A stretch of DNA of 51,021 nt from Octopus bimaculoides (GCF_001194135.2 NC_068999.1:28927342-28978362); one strand, 5' to 3'. Shown: positions 1 to 12,622, counted from the stretch's first letter. Notes: a model not told the origin generated them from the sequence alone. Made by a program: numbers and translations.

Positions 1-69
1 CGTGCATAAATTATATTCACATACAAACACACACATCTCGGCTTTTATATATATATATATATACGGATA

Positions 70-1321
70 CTAGCAGTATAGCCCGGCACTAAGCTAGGAT
101 TATTAAGTGATCAAGTGCTTTACTTCAAACCAAAATAAGTAACATCGACATCAGATTTGACCGAAATCCGTTGAAATTGGTTTGGCTGAAAATGTTTTGC
201 TGGCAATTTGATTGGGAAATCCCATAAGGAATCAGTTTATTGGTTATTTCCACTCATTGACTGTTTTTTTTAAAGTTGCATTAGAGATCTGCATAGGAGA
301 AGGTTGATCTGAAGGTTTGCATTGGGGATCTAGATTGGAGTAACTTAGGAAAACTTACCAACAGCCTTAACCAAAAAAATAAGGGGCCTGTCCCTTCTAG
401 GTTAACCCTAACCCTGACCCTAAGACTGTAACCCTAACACCAACCCTAACCCTAACACTAACCTTAACCCCAACCGTAACACCCTAGTGGAAATCGTGCG
501 GGTGTTAATCTGAAAAATTGCCAAACCCTTTTTGTCGTCCGAAAAACGGGTTGGGAATGGTAACTGACAAATTGTTACATACCTTTTTGTTTCATAGTTG
601 TGAAATATAAACAAAACACTTTCGCTCCCAAAGTAGTATATGTGCGTGTGCGTGAGAGTGAGAGGGGGGAGGAGAGGAGAAAGTTGAACGATTTAAAATA
701 AATATATTTTAATTGTTGTGTGAGAAAGTATATATAATCTCATTATAGAATATAGTGCCTTTCAAAAACATCTTATATTTTAAACTATATCTCATGTTTA
801 AGAAAAAAAAATGCATTTTACACTTACTCTGTCTTCCTTACCTACATTTTGTTTCGTTAGACGTTTTGTCTCCCTCTTCCACTTTTTCGTTCCTTTTTTT
901 TTTGTTAGACGCTGGCAAACAAACTGTTTTGGTTAAAGAAACTTTTTTCCTTAGACGCTTTGTCTCCCTTTCCCACTTTTTGTTGACTTTTTTTTGTTAG
1001 ACGCTAGCAAACACTCTGTATCTCCCCTTGTCACAAACACACTATTTCTTTCTGTCTCTCTCTCTCTCCCTCTCTCCTTCACGTGCATATGCACACATTT
1101 GACTTCGCCATATCAACAAACTTCAAAATTGGTAAAAGTCTATCGATTTTTACAGCTATATGCGGGTGCCTCTGAGAGAAAAAGTTGTCTAAAATGCAGA
1201 TAGGGTCATGACAAATCTCCTAAAATTGGAGCAACATGCATGCTAATTTGTGGACGTGCATAAATTATATTCACATACAAACACACACATCTCGGCTTTT
1301 ATATATATATATATATACGGA
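70..1321 (-). mobile_element. Non-autonomous Helitron-like element, copy A, in a head-to-tail array
   Basis: On the minus strand it starts A^TC (1321-1320) and ends with an imperfect GC hairpin (CCTAGC..GCCGGG) followed by TATACTG-CTAG^T (73-70). It sits in (TA)n. Both ends are homologous to 7237-8328. Confidence 0.7.
404..485 (+). repeat. Degenerate (CCCTAA)n telomere-like array inside Helitron copy A
   Basis: aaccctaaccctgaccctaagactgtaaccctaacaccaaccctaaccctaacactaaccttaaccccaaccgtaacc. Confidence 0.7.
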
Positions 1322-1387
1322 TACTAGCAGTATAGCCCGGCACTAAGCTAGGATTATTAAGTGATCAAGTGCTTTACNNNNNNNNNN

Positions 1388-1431
<44 letters not shown>
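1388..1431. repeat. (TA)n microsatellite
   Basis: Pure TA run following a 10-N gap. Confidence 0.95.
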
Positions 1432-1435
<4 letters not shown>

Positions 1436-1445
1436 TATGCATACC

Positions 1446-4103
1446 AGGGTATGCTGCATTTCGTACAGACAGAAGAGGAAGAAGCCACAGCAGAGTTGCT
1501 ATGTACATTCGTGAAGACATCACACCACTTGTATTATTGTCACATTGAAACTTAGTGACACCTTAATAATACATGTGAAGCAAGCTGATGTAGCTATATG
1601 CACAATATATCATCTACCGAATACCACAAAATATGATGGAAAGTTTGAGGATAGTCTCAAACACATCAAAGAAGTATTAACAAATCTAGATCAGAACATC
1701 AACATACTCCTCCTGGGTGATTTCAAATTCCCACATGTCAAATGGCCAGAAGGCGACATCCTCTCTGGGATGTCACTGCATGAACAAAAACACATGGAGT
1801 CATTATTTGAACTTACTAATAAGCTGTTTATGGAACAAGTGATACTCAAGCCAACCAGGGGGAAGAACATATTGGACCCATGCTTCACAAATAATGTGGA
1901 CCTCATCCATAATGTGAAGGTTACGCCAACGGCACTCTCAGACCACAACATTGTTGAACTAACTATGTATGGTCCTGTACAAACTGTTGGTATCTACATT
2001 ATCAGGAGGACTTGAGACTTATCCAACCTGAATTTCCATAAGGCAAAATGGGATTCGATCCGCAAAGGGATCCACAAACGAAACTGGTCAAACATTCTGT
2101 GTATGCAAGACATTGATCTGAAACTCAGCCAGTTTATGTCAATAGTGCAAGCTATATGCACTAAACATGTCCCAGAAAGAAAGGCCAGCACACTGTCAAA
2201 CAAGATTCCCAGGGACAGAAAAATCCTCATGAGACATAGGTCGAAGATCTCAAAGCGGCTGAATAGGCAACTGACGGATAGAGAGAAGTCTGTCTTAACA
2301 CGGACGTCCCTTGAAATTGAAAGCAAGATAAAACTCTCTCATTAAAGTGAGAGAGGTGAGAGAGAGAAGGGCAGTGGAAAGCATAAAAACAAATCCCAAA
2401 GCTTTCTATAAATTCACAAGGGAAACAGCTACAATACAATATAAAATAGGACCATTGTTCCAAGGAAATAACTCACTGACAGCAGACCCAGGAAGAATAA
2501 GTGAGATACTCAGTGAACAATTTAAAAGTGTCTTCACTTCCCTCCTTGGACACATGCAGATAAAAAAATCCAGCTGAATTCTGTGATATTGCAGCTCTAA
2601 AAAAGGAGGCACCAGCCATTGATTACATCAACATTGACATTGAGGAAACATGTAACAGCAGCCATAGATGAAATGAGCTCATTCTCCGCCACTGGTCCTG
2701 ATGGCTTCACAGCTATTCTCCTAAAGTCATGTAAGCCGACTTTAGCGAAAGCACTTCAGATACTTTTCCAAAGTTGCCTTGCAAGTGGTATACTTCCTAA
2801 AACGCTGAAAGAAGGTATTATATGCCCTATCCACAAAGGTGGAAGCAGAGCAGAGGCCAAAAACTACAGGCCACTCTCTCTGACTTCACATATTAGTAAA
2901 GTCATGGAGCGAAGCATCAGAAAGAAGTTGATAATGTTCCTAGAAGAAAACAAGCAGCTGCCTCACACAGCTCCTTCAGCACTACGACTGGGTTTTGAAA
3001 CAGCTGCTTGATCATTCAGATGTCAGTGTGATATACCTTGACTTTGTAAAGGCATTTGATGAGGTAGATCATGGCATGATAAGTCATAAGCTACAAGACC
3101 CTGGCATCACTGGTAAACAGGGAGAGTGGCTGCATGACTTCCTTAAAAAGAGAAGTCAGGTAGTTGCAGTCAATGGCACCTTTTCTGAGGAAACTGAAAT
3201 CATAAGTGGTGTCCCCCAGGGAACTGTTCTGGGGCCATTACTGTCCATAATAGCCCTCTTAGACATGCTCACAGTCACTAGCTATGCCAATGACACAAAA
3301 TTATCGCAGGCAGTAAAAAACCAAGAGGATGTTACAAGCTTACAGCAGGACCTGTAACATTAAACAACATGCAGTTTAATGCTGGAAAATTTCAAGTACT
3401 GCAAAATAAACACAGTACAATCTACATTTACAGGACCCGAAGGCACTACAATCCCAGATTCACAGGTAGTGAAAGACTTGGGGATCAACATGTGCAATGA
3501 CGCATCATTGTATATGCACATAAGCAAGATGGCAACAAAGTGCAGACAACTAGCAGAATGGATACTGAGGGCCTTCAAGACAAGAGACCAAGAAATTATG
3601 TTGACCCTGTGGAGAACATTTGTTCTTAGCCACCTGGACTACTGTTCCCAGTTATGGTCACCACATAGTGCCAAACTAACAGCGGAGCTTGAAGCAGTCC
3701 AACACCACTACACTAAAAAGATTGAGACAGTGCAGTGGATGAGCTATAGGGATAGGCTGAGCGAAGGTGTGACAGGTACGCAATAATATACATATGGGAA
3801 ATCCTAGAAGGGCTAGTACCTAGCTTTGGCATTGAGTGTTATACAAATGCCAGAACCGGCCACCATTGTATTGTACCAAATGTACCATCCACTCCATCTA
3901 AATTCAGGACCAGGTAGTGCAATAGTCTAGGGTTGAAAGACCCACAGCTTTTCAATGCCCTGCCACAAAAATTAAGAAATTTGCATAAGGTGTAAGTAGA
4001 TGTCTTCAAAAAGGAATTAGACATCCGCCTCTCCACAATACCAGATGAACCGACAGCCCAACATGAGGTACAGACGAGGGCTGTGGAATCAAATTCAATT
4101 ATA
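1446..4103 (+). mobile_element. Decayed CR1/L2-group LINE ORF2 (AP endonuclease plus reverse transcriptase)
   Basis: APE motifs LLLGDFKFPHVKW, PTRGKNILD and SDHN; RT motifs KNYRPLSLTS, YLDFVKAFD, SGVPQGTVLGPLL and YANDT; C-terminal LSHLDYCSQLWSP. Many stops and frameshifts. Confidence 0.9.
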
Positions 4104-4978
4104 NNNNNNNNNNNNNNNNNNNNNNNNNNNNNNNNNNNNNNNNNNNNNNNNNNNNNNNNNNNNNNNNNNNNNNNNNNNNNNNNNNNNNNNNNNNNNNNNN
4201 NNNNNNNNNNNNNNNNNNNNNNNNNNNNNNNNNNNNNNNNNNNNNNNNNNNNNNNNNNNNNNNNNNNNNNNNNNNNNNNNNNNNNNNNNNNNNNNNNNNN
4301 NNNNNNNNNNNNNNNNNNNNNNNNNNNNNNNNNNNNNNNNNNNNNNNNNNNNNNNNNNNNNNNNNNNNNNNNNNNNNNNNNNNNNNNNNNNNNNNNNNNN
4401 NNNNNNNNNNNNNNNNNNNNNNNNNNNNNNNNNNNNNNNNNNNNNNNNNNNNNNNNNNNNNNNNNNNNNNNNNNNNNNNNNNNNNNNNNNNNNNNNNNNN
4501 NNNNNNNNNNNNNNNNNNNNNNNNNNNNNNNNNNNNNNNNNNNNNNNNNNNNNNNNNNNNNNNNNNNNNNNNNNNNNNNNNNNNNNNNNNNNNNNNNNNN
4601 NNNNNNNNNNNNNNNNNNNNNNNNNNNNNNNNNNNNNNNNNNNNNNNNNNNNNNNNNNNNNNNNNNNNNNNNNNNNNNNNNNNNNNNNNNNNNNNNNNNN
4701 NNNNNNNNNNNNNNNNNNNNNNNNNNNNNNNNNNNNNNNNNNNNNNNNNNNNNNNNNNNNNNNNNNNNNNNNNNNNNNNNNNNNNNNNNNNNNNNNNNNN
4801 NNNNNNNNNNNNNNNNNNNNNNNNNNNNNNNNNNNNNNNNNNNNNNNNNNNNNNNNNNNNNNNNNNNNNNNNNNNNNNNNNNNNNNNNNNNNNNNNNNNN
4901 NNNNNNNNNNNNNNNNNNNNNNNNNNNNNNNNNNNNNNNNNNNNNNNNNNNNNNNNNNNNNNNNNNNNNNNNNNNNNN

Positions 4979-5838
4979 GACAGCTGCAGGAGAAATACCT
5001 AGCCAAAGATAAACCTCTCTACCTGGCTTTCGTTGAGATGGAGAAAGCCTTTGACAGGGTCCCCTGATCCCTTATCTGATGGTCAATGAGGAAACTAGGG
5101 ATAGAAGAATGGTTACTGAGAGCTGTGCGAGCCATGTACAGAGATGCTGTCAGTAAGGTGAGGGTTCACAACGAGTACAGTGAAGAATTCCAGGTAGAGG
5201 TAGGGGTCCACCAAGGTTCAGTTCTCAGCCCCATCCTATTTATCATAGTCCTCCAGGCAATAACAGAGGAATTCAAGAAAGGATGCCCCTGGGAGCTCCT
5301 CTATGCTGATGACCTTGCACTAATTGCTGAGTCACTATGAGAACGAGAGAAGTTTCAGGTGTGGAAGCAAGGACTAGAATCAAAGGGCCTTAGAGTCAAC
5401 CTAGCTAAAACCAAAGTTCTAATACAAAGGAAGGTAGACAAAACACAAACCCCTTCAGGTAGATGGCCCTGCTCAATCTGTAGAAAAGGCGTAGGTAGAA
5501 ACTCTATAAGATGTACTCAGGATAAGCTATGGACACATAAGAGGTGCAGCAATATCAAAGGGAGGTTAACTAGGAAGTAAGTTTTTGTATGTGGCAGATG
5601 TTCAGGAGCAATTAACACTGAAAATGTGCAGGAAACAACTTCTACCACATTCCAGGGACAAAAGCTAGACGTAATTGATAGCTTCTGCTATCTAGGTGAC
5701 CAAGTTAGTAGTGAGGGAGGGTACGCTGAAAGTGTAGCTGCTAGAATAAGAATAGCCTTGGCAAAGTTCAGAGAGCTCTTACCTCGGTTGGTGACAAAGG
5801 GCCTCTCAGAGTAAAAGGCAGACTGTATGACGCATGTG
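4979..5838 (+). mobile_element. RTE-clade LINE ORF2 fragment between two N gaps
   Basis: QLQEKYLAKDKPLYLAFV, GVHQGSVLSPILF and ELLYADDLAL, followed by a Cys/His finger. Confidence 0.92.
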
Positions 5839-5938
5839 NNNNNNNNNNNNNNNNNNNNNNNNNNNNNNNNNNNNNNNNNNNNNNNNNNNNNNNNNNNNNN
5901 NNNNNNNNNNNNNNNNNNNNNNNNNNNNNNNNNNNNNN

Positions 5939-6682
5939 GTCAAGTTGACAGCAAAGTGCAGACAACTGGCATGGTGGATACTGAGGACGTTCCGAACAAG
6001 GGATCAAAATGTCATGTAGACTCTATGGAAGACATTTGTTCTGAGCCACCTAAACTATTGCTCTCAGTTGTGGTCACCACACAGTGTCAAGCGGACAGCA
6101 GAACTCGACGCAATTCAGCGTCACTATACAAAAAAGATCGCCACAGCCCAACAGATGAACTACAGGGAGCGACTGAAGTCACTAGATCTCTACTCCCTGG
6201 AGCGCAGGCTGGAGAGATATGTGATAATATACATATGGAAAATACTGGAAGGACTGGTGCCAAACTTTGGCATCAAGTACTACAAGAATGCCCGCACAGG
6301 TTGCCACTGCATCTCACATAAGAACGAGGTACTGCAACAGCCTCGGTTTCAGAGGACCTCAGCTCTTTAATGCCCTGCCAAAACATTTGAGAGACCTGCA
6401 TGACATGGATATAGAGGTCTTCAAGACAAAACTCGACGCTTTCCTCTCCACGATACCAGACAAACCAAAGGCTCGAAATGAGACACAGTTTAGGGCAGCA
6501 ATGTCAAATTCTCTTATACTACAGATGTGCCATCAAAACTCGTGATTCGACTATATCAGGTGGAGGAGAAGAGCCATGCAAGGAACGTGAAGAGAGCACA
6601 GCATAAAGGCGGAAAATCACGGTGGTGCTCCAGCATGACCACAGCCACTTGGCTGAAACCCATAAATAAATAAACAAATAAA
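5939..6682 (+). mobile_element. CR1-like LINE 3' end (second subfamily) with TAAA tail
   Basis: WSPHSVKRTAELDAIQRHYTKK..YSLERRLERY; the 3' UTR is also present at 46019-46330; ends cataaataaataaac. Confidence 0.88.
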
Positions 6683-6962
6683 TATATATGTATATATATA
6701 TATATATATATGCACACACACACACATATGTATTCATATATATATACATATATACATAGATATATATATATACACATATATATACATAGATATATATATA
6801 CACACATATATATACATAGATATATATATACACACATATATACATACATATACATGTATATAAACATATATATACACACACACACACACATATATATATA
6901 TACATATGGAAACTGAAAGAAGATTGTCGTATGTATGTGTATATTTGTGTGTGTGTGTGTGT
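6683..6962. repeat. Compound (TA)/(CA)/(TG) microsatellite
   Basis: Low-complexity dinucleotide tract that explains the YIYI/VCVC ORFs. Confidence 0.95.
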
Positions 6963-6969
6963 GCATGCG

Positions 6970-7160
6970 TTTTTCACCACAATAATTGCTTGACAAACTG
7001 TTTTACTGTGCTTACGTTCCCATAACTTAGTGGTTCAGGAAAAGACTGACAGAATAAGTACTAGGCTTGCAAAGAATAAATGCTGTGGTGGATGTGTTCG
7101 AGCAGCAGCCGTGCTCCAGCCTAGCCGTAGTCACATGGCTGAAACAAGTAAAATAATAAA
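6970..7160 (+). mobile_element. SINE 3' half
   Basis: cttgacaa..cataacttag..gaataagtactaggctt..gtgctccagc..gaaacaagtaaaa, shared with 27128-27500, 36012-36255 and 50390-50665. Confidence 0.75.
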
Positions 7161-7236
7161 AATAATTATGCTAATTTTATCCCGAGCATGGCTGGGTATC
7201 TCTGCTAGTATAAATATATATATATATATATATATA

Positions 7237-7563
7237 CTAGCAGTATAGCCCGGCTTTGCTCGGGATTAAGTTGGGATTATTAAGCTAATCAAGTTCTTTA
7301 TTTCAAACCAAACTAAGTAACATCGACATGAAAATTGGGCAGAATCAGTGTTGTGTTGCAACTGGAGCGCACGGGTTGGGAGGTTGATCGGCAGAGGTGA
7401 TCAGGTTACACATGCCAGCCCTTTGAAAACACCACCACCATCATCTAACACCTCTTTGCCCATGGGTTAGGAACTCTTCCAGCAAGGAAAATAGAATGAC
7501 CAAAAGGGCTCCCGATTCTCTGTGTCAGAAGCAGTTATGTTCAGATCACAACTAAGTCTTAAG

Positions 7564-7596
<33 letters not shown>

Positions 7597-8328
7597 ACAC
7601 GGATGTTACATGAGTAAAACGTTAATGTTCGAAACTGTAGCAGTCCATAGATAATTCTTTATTCTGTATATTTCTCATTTTGTCCTGTTCTGGCGTTTTG
7701 CGAAATTTTTCTGGAGAACATTACTTTTCTTTGTGGTTGGGTTGTTGATGACCTCTTTCTAGCATATTGGATGTCCACCTAGTGGTCATCCTTTATACAC
7801 GTGTAATACAATTTTTTCTGAATTTTCTGATTTTTTAATATGCTAGGCCACTTGGTTTTAAATTGAATTAATATTCAATTTACCACCCTATCTATATAAA
7901 TATATATATATATATATGGGCAACATACACACACACATGCAGGTACACCAATTGCATACATATTTTTGGTACGCATACATGTTCGTATGTGTGTGTTGCT
8001 CGTATATCAACAAAACACTTTTTTCCTTGATGGAATAAACCCCCAAAAAACAAGAAGTCTAAAAAATGTGAGCGTCGCTAGAAGGGGACTTAGCTCCTGT
8101 TTTTTTGTAAACAATCAAAGCTTTCTCCGACTGGAAAATTGTTAAAAGTTATGGTTGAAATCTATTCTTACAGCTATGCGTGGGTGCCTCAGAGAAAAAG
8201 TTGACGAAAATGCAGATAGGGTCATGACGAATGTCCTCCTAAAATTGGAGCAATATGCGTGCTAATTTGTGGACGTGCATAAATTATATTCACGTACACT
8301 CACACATCTTGGCTTTTATAGATATGGA
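7237..8328 (-). mobile_element. Non-autonomous Helitron-like element, copy B
   Basis: Minus-strand 3' end CCCGAGC-AAA-GCCGGG-CTATACTG-CTAG^T. About 90 nt at the 3' end and about 200 nt at the 5' end match copy A; the interior differs. Confidence 0.7.
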
Positions 8329-8511
8329 TATATATCATAATTCTTTTCCTCGCTGTTAGTAACTTAGCAATGTATGTTACATTCTGCCTGTTTGTCACCA
8401 CTCATAGTTGGATCAAGCTACCACATGAGTTAGTCATATCTCTCCAGATCATTATTAGAGAGTTGTTTAACTTAAAGGAAAAATTGTACTTTGTAAGTTA
8501 CTGCATTTGTG

Positions 8512-8749
8512 AATCACAAGTTTGCTCATGTGTTCCTGGCTAACAGTTTGTATATCACAAGTTCTGTCTTTAGCACATTCATATTTCTTTTCCAATTATA
8601 TACATATACGTATATGATATTCTTTTATAAACAAATATACACATTCATTTATACTCCGTATATAATTGGAAAATAAATATGAATATGCTAAAGCCAGAAC
8701 TTGTGATATATAATCTGTTAGCCAGGAACACATGAGCAAACTTGCGATT
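8512..8749. repeat. Fold-back element (long inverted repeat, MITE-like)
   Basis: Arms of about 90 nt: aatcacaagtttgctcatgtgttcctggctaacag.. pairs with ..ctgttagccaggaacacatgagcaaacttgcgatt. Confidence 0.9.
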
Positions 8750-9308
8750 ATTGTATTAATATTTAATAAAGCAAATCAATTGTTGCTTGATCCACTCTGA
8801 TCATAAACAGCTGTTAATGACAGGTATATCTGAACAGAAATTGATCCAACTGCACATGAAACTTCATAAATAATTTTTCACCAAAAATCTGTAAGTAATG
8901 TATGCACCAGAAAGTATTGTTGCATTTTATATGTTGCTCTGCATTGAATAATGCTTTCAGTGTAATCTATTTCATAGAAAAGGGAATTATTTTTTAAATA
9001 TAAAATTGTTGTAGATGATGCTTTCTCTGCGGAATATCCACAGGTTGAGTTAGTTTTAATATAGTTTTTCTACACACTCTGATTTGTATTAAAAGAGGTG
9101 TGAAAACCATCACCCCAGTTACACATACTCTCATACACTAGCTTACCTACAATACATCAATACATGTGATATATGTAGTTGGGTAGACTCTCATTTTACT
9201 AATCAATGCACAGAAAAATAAATGGAGTAATTACTAAAGCTAGTGATGGAAACCACCTCCCAAATGCTTAAACAAGAAAACATGCCAAACTATCAATATT
9301 TTACTTAC

Positions 9309-9416
9309 ACCTGACTGTTGCAAAAAACTTTTAAATTCTTCCATTGTACTGTTAGAGACTGTCATATCTTTAAACATTCCTTCTAATTTAGAAGTGAACT
9401 GGCAACCACATTCCGT
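9309..9416 (-). CDS. CUL3: Cullin-3 coding exon (human exon 10 equivalent): [36 protein letters not shown]
   Basis: Cullin homology motif; acceptor ttttatttcag, donor gtaagt; 108 nt, phase 0-0. Confidence 0.96.
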
Positions 9417-9599
9417 CTGAAATAAAACAATGATATTAAATGCACAATGTGATGTGGCAGATAACCAAGAAAAATTTTATACAAGGTGTAGATGGTTTCA
9501 TTCACAATTTTCAATTGCTAATTTTACACATTTTTTTTACTTTCATTGTCTGTCTTTCTCTTAAAAACAGTAATCATTTTTGCTTTATTTTCTTTTTGC

Positions 9600-10590
9600 A
9601 GAATAATTCACTATGGAAAAGTTTAACCCCCCCCCCCCCATTTGTGGTATAGGCATGAAGTCCTCCTTGGAATCAGCACCAGAAGGACAAACAAGATTTC
9701 AGACTTCTTCAAAATCAGCAGAAGGATGGTGGAAAAGGTCAAAAAGGGACTGAAAGATTCAGAATTCGACTATGAGGCTACAGAGAGGAAAACCTATGAC
9801 TGATGATGTGACACCATCACAACACCAGAATTCGTTGCTGAAATCCAGGAGGTCATCAACAATGATCTTAGCAAGTTGACACATGCCATTGCAGAGGAGA
9901 AAGGTGTGGATGAAAAGCTCATCAGGATGGTGGTACATGAGGACATTTGTTACTTTTTATACAAGATGAGCAAGCAGCAATTTCTGTCCAAGGTGATGCA
10001 GGGAAAGCGACTCAAGCACACCAAAAATCTAATCAACAAGTTAAATCACTCACTGGAGCGAAACATACTGTTGTTCTTCTCCAACAAAAAGAATTTCTAC
10101 CAAGACCAGAACTCTACCAACTCCCAGAACAACATGTGGCTTGCTGTCTCACCCAAGGACATGCTCAGTCATGCAGACGAAATTTCCAATAACAATCATG
10201 GTCTTTGGACTGAACACCAAAGGCTGTGTTCTGAGCGAGGTGGTGAAGCCCTGGACTGACTGGTGAGCTGCAGGGAGGCAATACATGTGGCAACAAGACT
10301 CTGTACATTGCCACACCAGCAGGAAGACTCAGGCCTGGCTGTAGTAGAATTTCTTTGATCACACAACACCAAATATTTGGCCTCCCAACTTGCATGACTG
10401 CAACCTCCTTGATTTCTTTTTGTGAGGTGCAGTGGAATGTAACACCAATGAATCCAGCTGCAACATGAAAATGGACTGAGGGGCAGAATTACCAGAGCTA
10501 TCAGGGGACTAAAGCAAGAAGCAGTGACGAAGGCCTGTGGCTGGTTCCAACGTCACCTAGAGGCTCTCATCAAATGAGATTGACAGAACA
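9600..10590 (+). mobile_element. Decayed Tc1/mariner-superfamily transposase, DD37D (maT)-like
   Basis: IRMVVHEDI, LFFSNKKNFYQD and NSQNNMWLA, then a YMWQQDS-like and a WPPNLHDCN-like (WPPxSPDxNP) remnant. TIRs were not securely found. Confidence 0.75.
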
Positions 10591-10623
10591 TGTCATGCAG
10601 ACAAACACACAAAGTGTGAAGAA

Positions 10624-12152
10624 TCATCATCATCATTTAATGTTCGTTGTCCATGCTGGGTTTGACTAGAACTGGCAAGCGGCACCAGACTCCAGTCTGA
10701 TTTGGCATGGTTTCTACAGCTGGATGCCCTTCCTAACACCAACCACTTTATAGCATGTGCTGGGTGCTTTTATGGATGTTGCATGGGTGCTTTTTTGTGG
10801 CACCACCACAAGTGCTCTACACCACCAGAAGGATCGGTCTTAACACACCTGCTGTGGAGTATGGGTTTTCTTTAGTATAGCAAGATGCCAGGCATCTCAG
10901 TCCTTTGTCATCTCACCTGAAAGGTTCAGCATCCTGAGGTCATCCTTCAGTACTTCATCCCATGTCTTTCTGGGTCTCCCACTTCCATATGTTCCATCCA
11001 CTTTAAGAGATTGGCACTTCTTTATGGAGCTGTCAGCATCCATAAAGGCCACATGATCAAACCAGTGCAGTCTTCTTTCTTGTACACAGCAACCAATTTC
11101 TCTTATGCCTAACTCCTCTCTCAATGCACTAGCGCTCTGTCGAATATGTACACTTACATTACACATCCAGTGGAGCATACTAGCTTCATTCCTTTCTAAC
11201 CTTAGCATTCAGGGCCCACATCTCACGATACCATGTAGAATTGCTGTCCGTATACATGCATCATATAATCTTTCTTTCACTTGTAGAGAGAAATCTTTTG
11301 TGGCCAACAGCGGTAACAGCTCTCTGCATTTCCTGCATCCTGCTCTTATTCTAGCTATCACACTCTCCGTACATCCTCCCCCACAGCTAGTTTGGTCCCC
11401 TAGGTAGCAGAAATTATCTATGACCTCTAATGAGTGACCAAGACATTTCAGAGAATCAATTTCCCGGGTCTCTCTAAAGGTTTTATGGATCCTGTGCATC
11501 TTCCACACACAAAAACTATCTTCTCTTACAACCTTCCTATTAACCCACTGTACATCTTGTGTGCCCATAGCTTACACCGTATCTAGTTCCTGCCTACATC
11601 TTTCTTACAAATTGAACAAGGCCACCTACTCAAAGGGGGTAGGTTTTTGTCAGTTTTCTTGCTTACTGGGACCTTAGTCTTTGCTAAGTTAGTCTTAAGG
11701 TCCTTAGATTCCAGGTTTTGCTTCCACATTTTGAATTTTTCATCTAGTGTTAATATGGAATCTGCTACAAGAGTAAGATCATCAGCATATAGCAGTTCCC
11801 AGGGTCTGCTAGTCTTGAATTCCTCTGTTATAGCCTGGAGGACAATGAACTAAGGACTAAGCCTTGATGAATCCCTACTTGTACTCCAAATTCTTCGCTG
11901 TACTCATGGTTAACTCTCACCTTAATGAAAGCATCTTTGTACATGGCCTGTACAGCTTTCACCAGCTACTCATCTATCCCTAACCTCATCAGAGCCCACC
12001 ATATCTCTATTGAAGGCTTTCTCTAAATCAATGAATGCCAGGTTTAATGGTCTATTCTTGGTTAAGTACTTCTCTTGTTGTTGCCTGACTATGAAAATAG
12101 CATCAGTAGCACTTCTTCCCCAGACAAAGCCAAACTGCATTTCATCTAGCCT
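10624..12152 (-). mobile_element. Older RTE LINE 3' part with CAT/GAT tail
   Basis: DEMQFGFV..QQEKYL, ERLYDACIRTAILHG and GRPRKTWDEV on the minus strand; the tail catcatcatcatttaa is at 10624. Confidence 0.9.
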
Positions 12153-12622
12153 AAAATATATCTCAAAAAATAAAAACACCAGTAATTTTTTCTGAGCAGT
12201 TATCATGCAAATGAATACTATCTGCATCATGTAGAAGCAATTTCCAAGGTTACTTTTCGAAATTTCTGTTCAACCATCAGAATATTGAACAAATGCTTTC
12301 AGTGAGAAAACAAAATCCTGGATTGCCTCTTTGTAATGTTAGGCAGCTGAGTTGTCAATCCTGTATTCTTCTACTAAATTTTCCCTCTCTTAACTGCAAT
12401 AATTAACATAAGATCAACCCTTTTCTAGCATATTTCTGTTGAAATACTCTGCCTTTGTTTCAATTAATTTTGAAAATAATGAAGAATTTAGTGAAATAAT
12501 CTTTTGTCATGATTAAGCTGGGGTTTGGAATAAATTAACCAGAAATTTTGATGGAAGGTTTTAATTTAAATTAATTTAAAACAAGAAATTTCTATCACAG
12601 AACCAGGAATGGTAGGTTGGTA

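Noticed and set aside
4045-5067. Long ORFs of 196-352 aa across 4104-4978, 22213-22730 and 49814-50389
   Set aside because: They consist mostly of X translated from assembly N gaps
6519-6996. YIYI/VCVC/HTHT-rich ORFs, and poly-H and poly-I ORFs at 36720-36955
   Set aside because: Microsatellite read-through, not genes
8760-8900. Possible intronic snoRNA
   Set aside because: No properly spaced C/D boxes with a terminal stem, and no H/ACA architecture
1-9300. Search for the next CUL3 exon (VLTTGxWP motif) and, at 41420-51021, the preceding exon
   Set aside because: Not found by eye; they are presumed to lie outside the window, though N gaps could hide one
9478-9500. tacaaggtgt as the left TIR of the maT relic, with a partner near 12175-12185
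   Set aside because: The match is too short and degenerate to support
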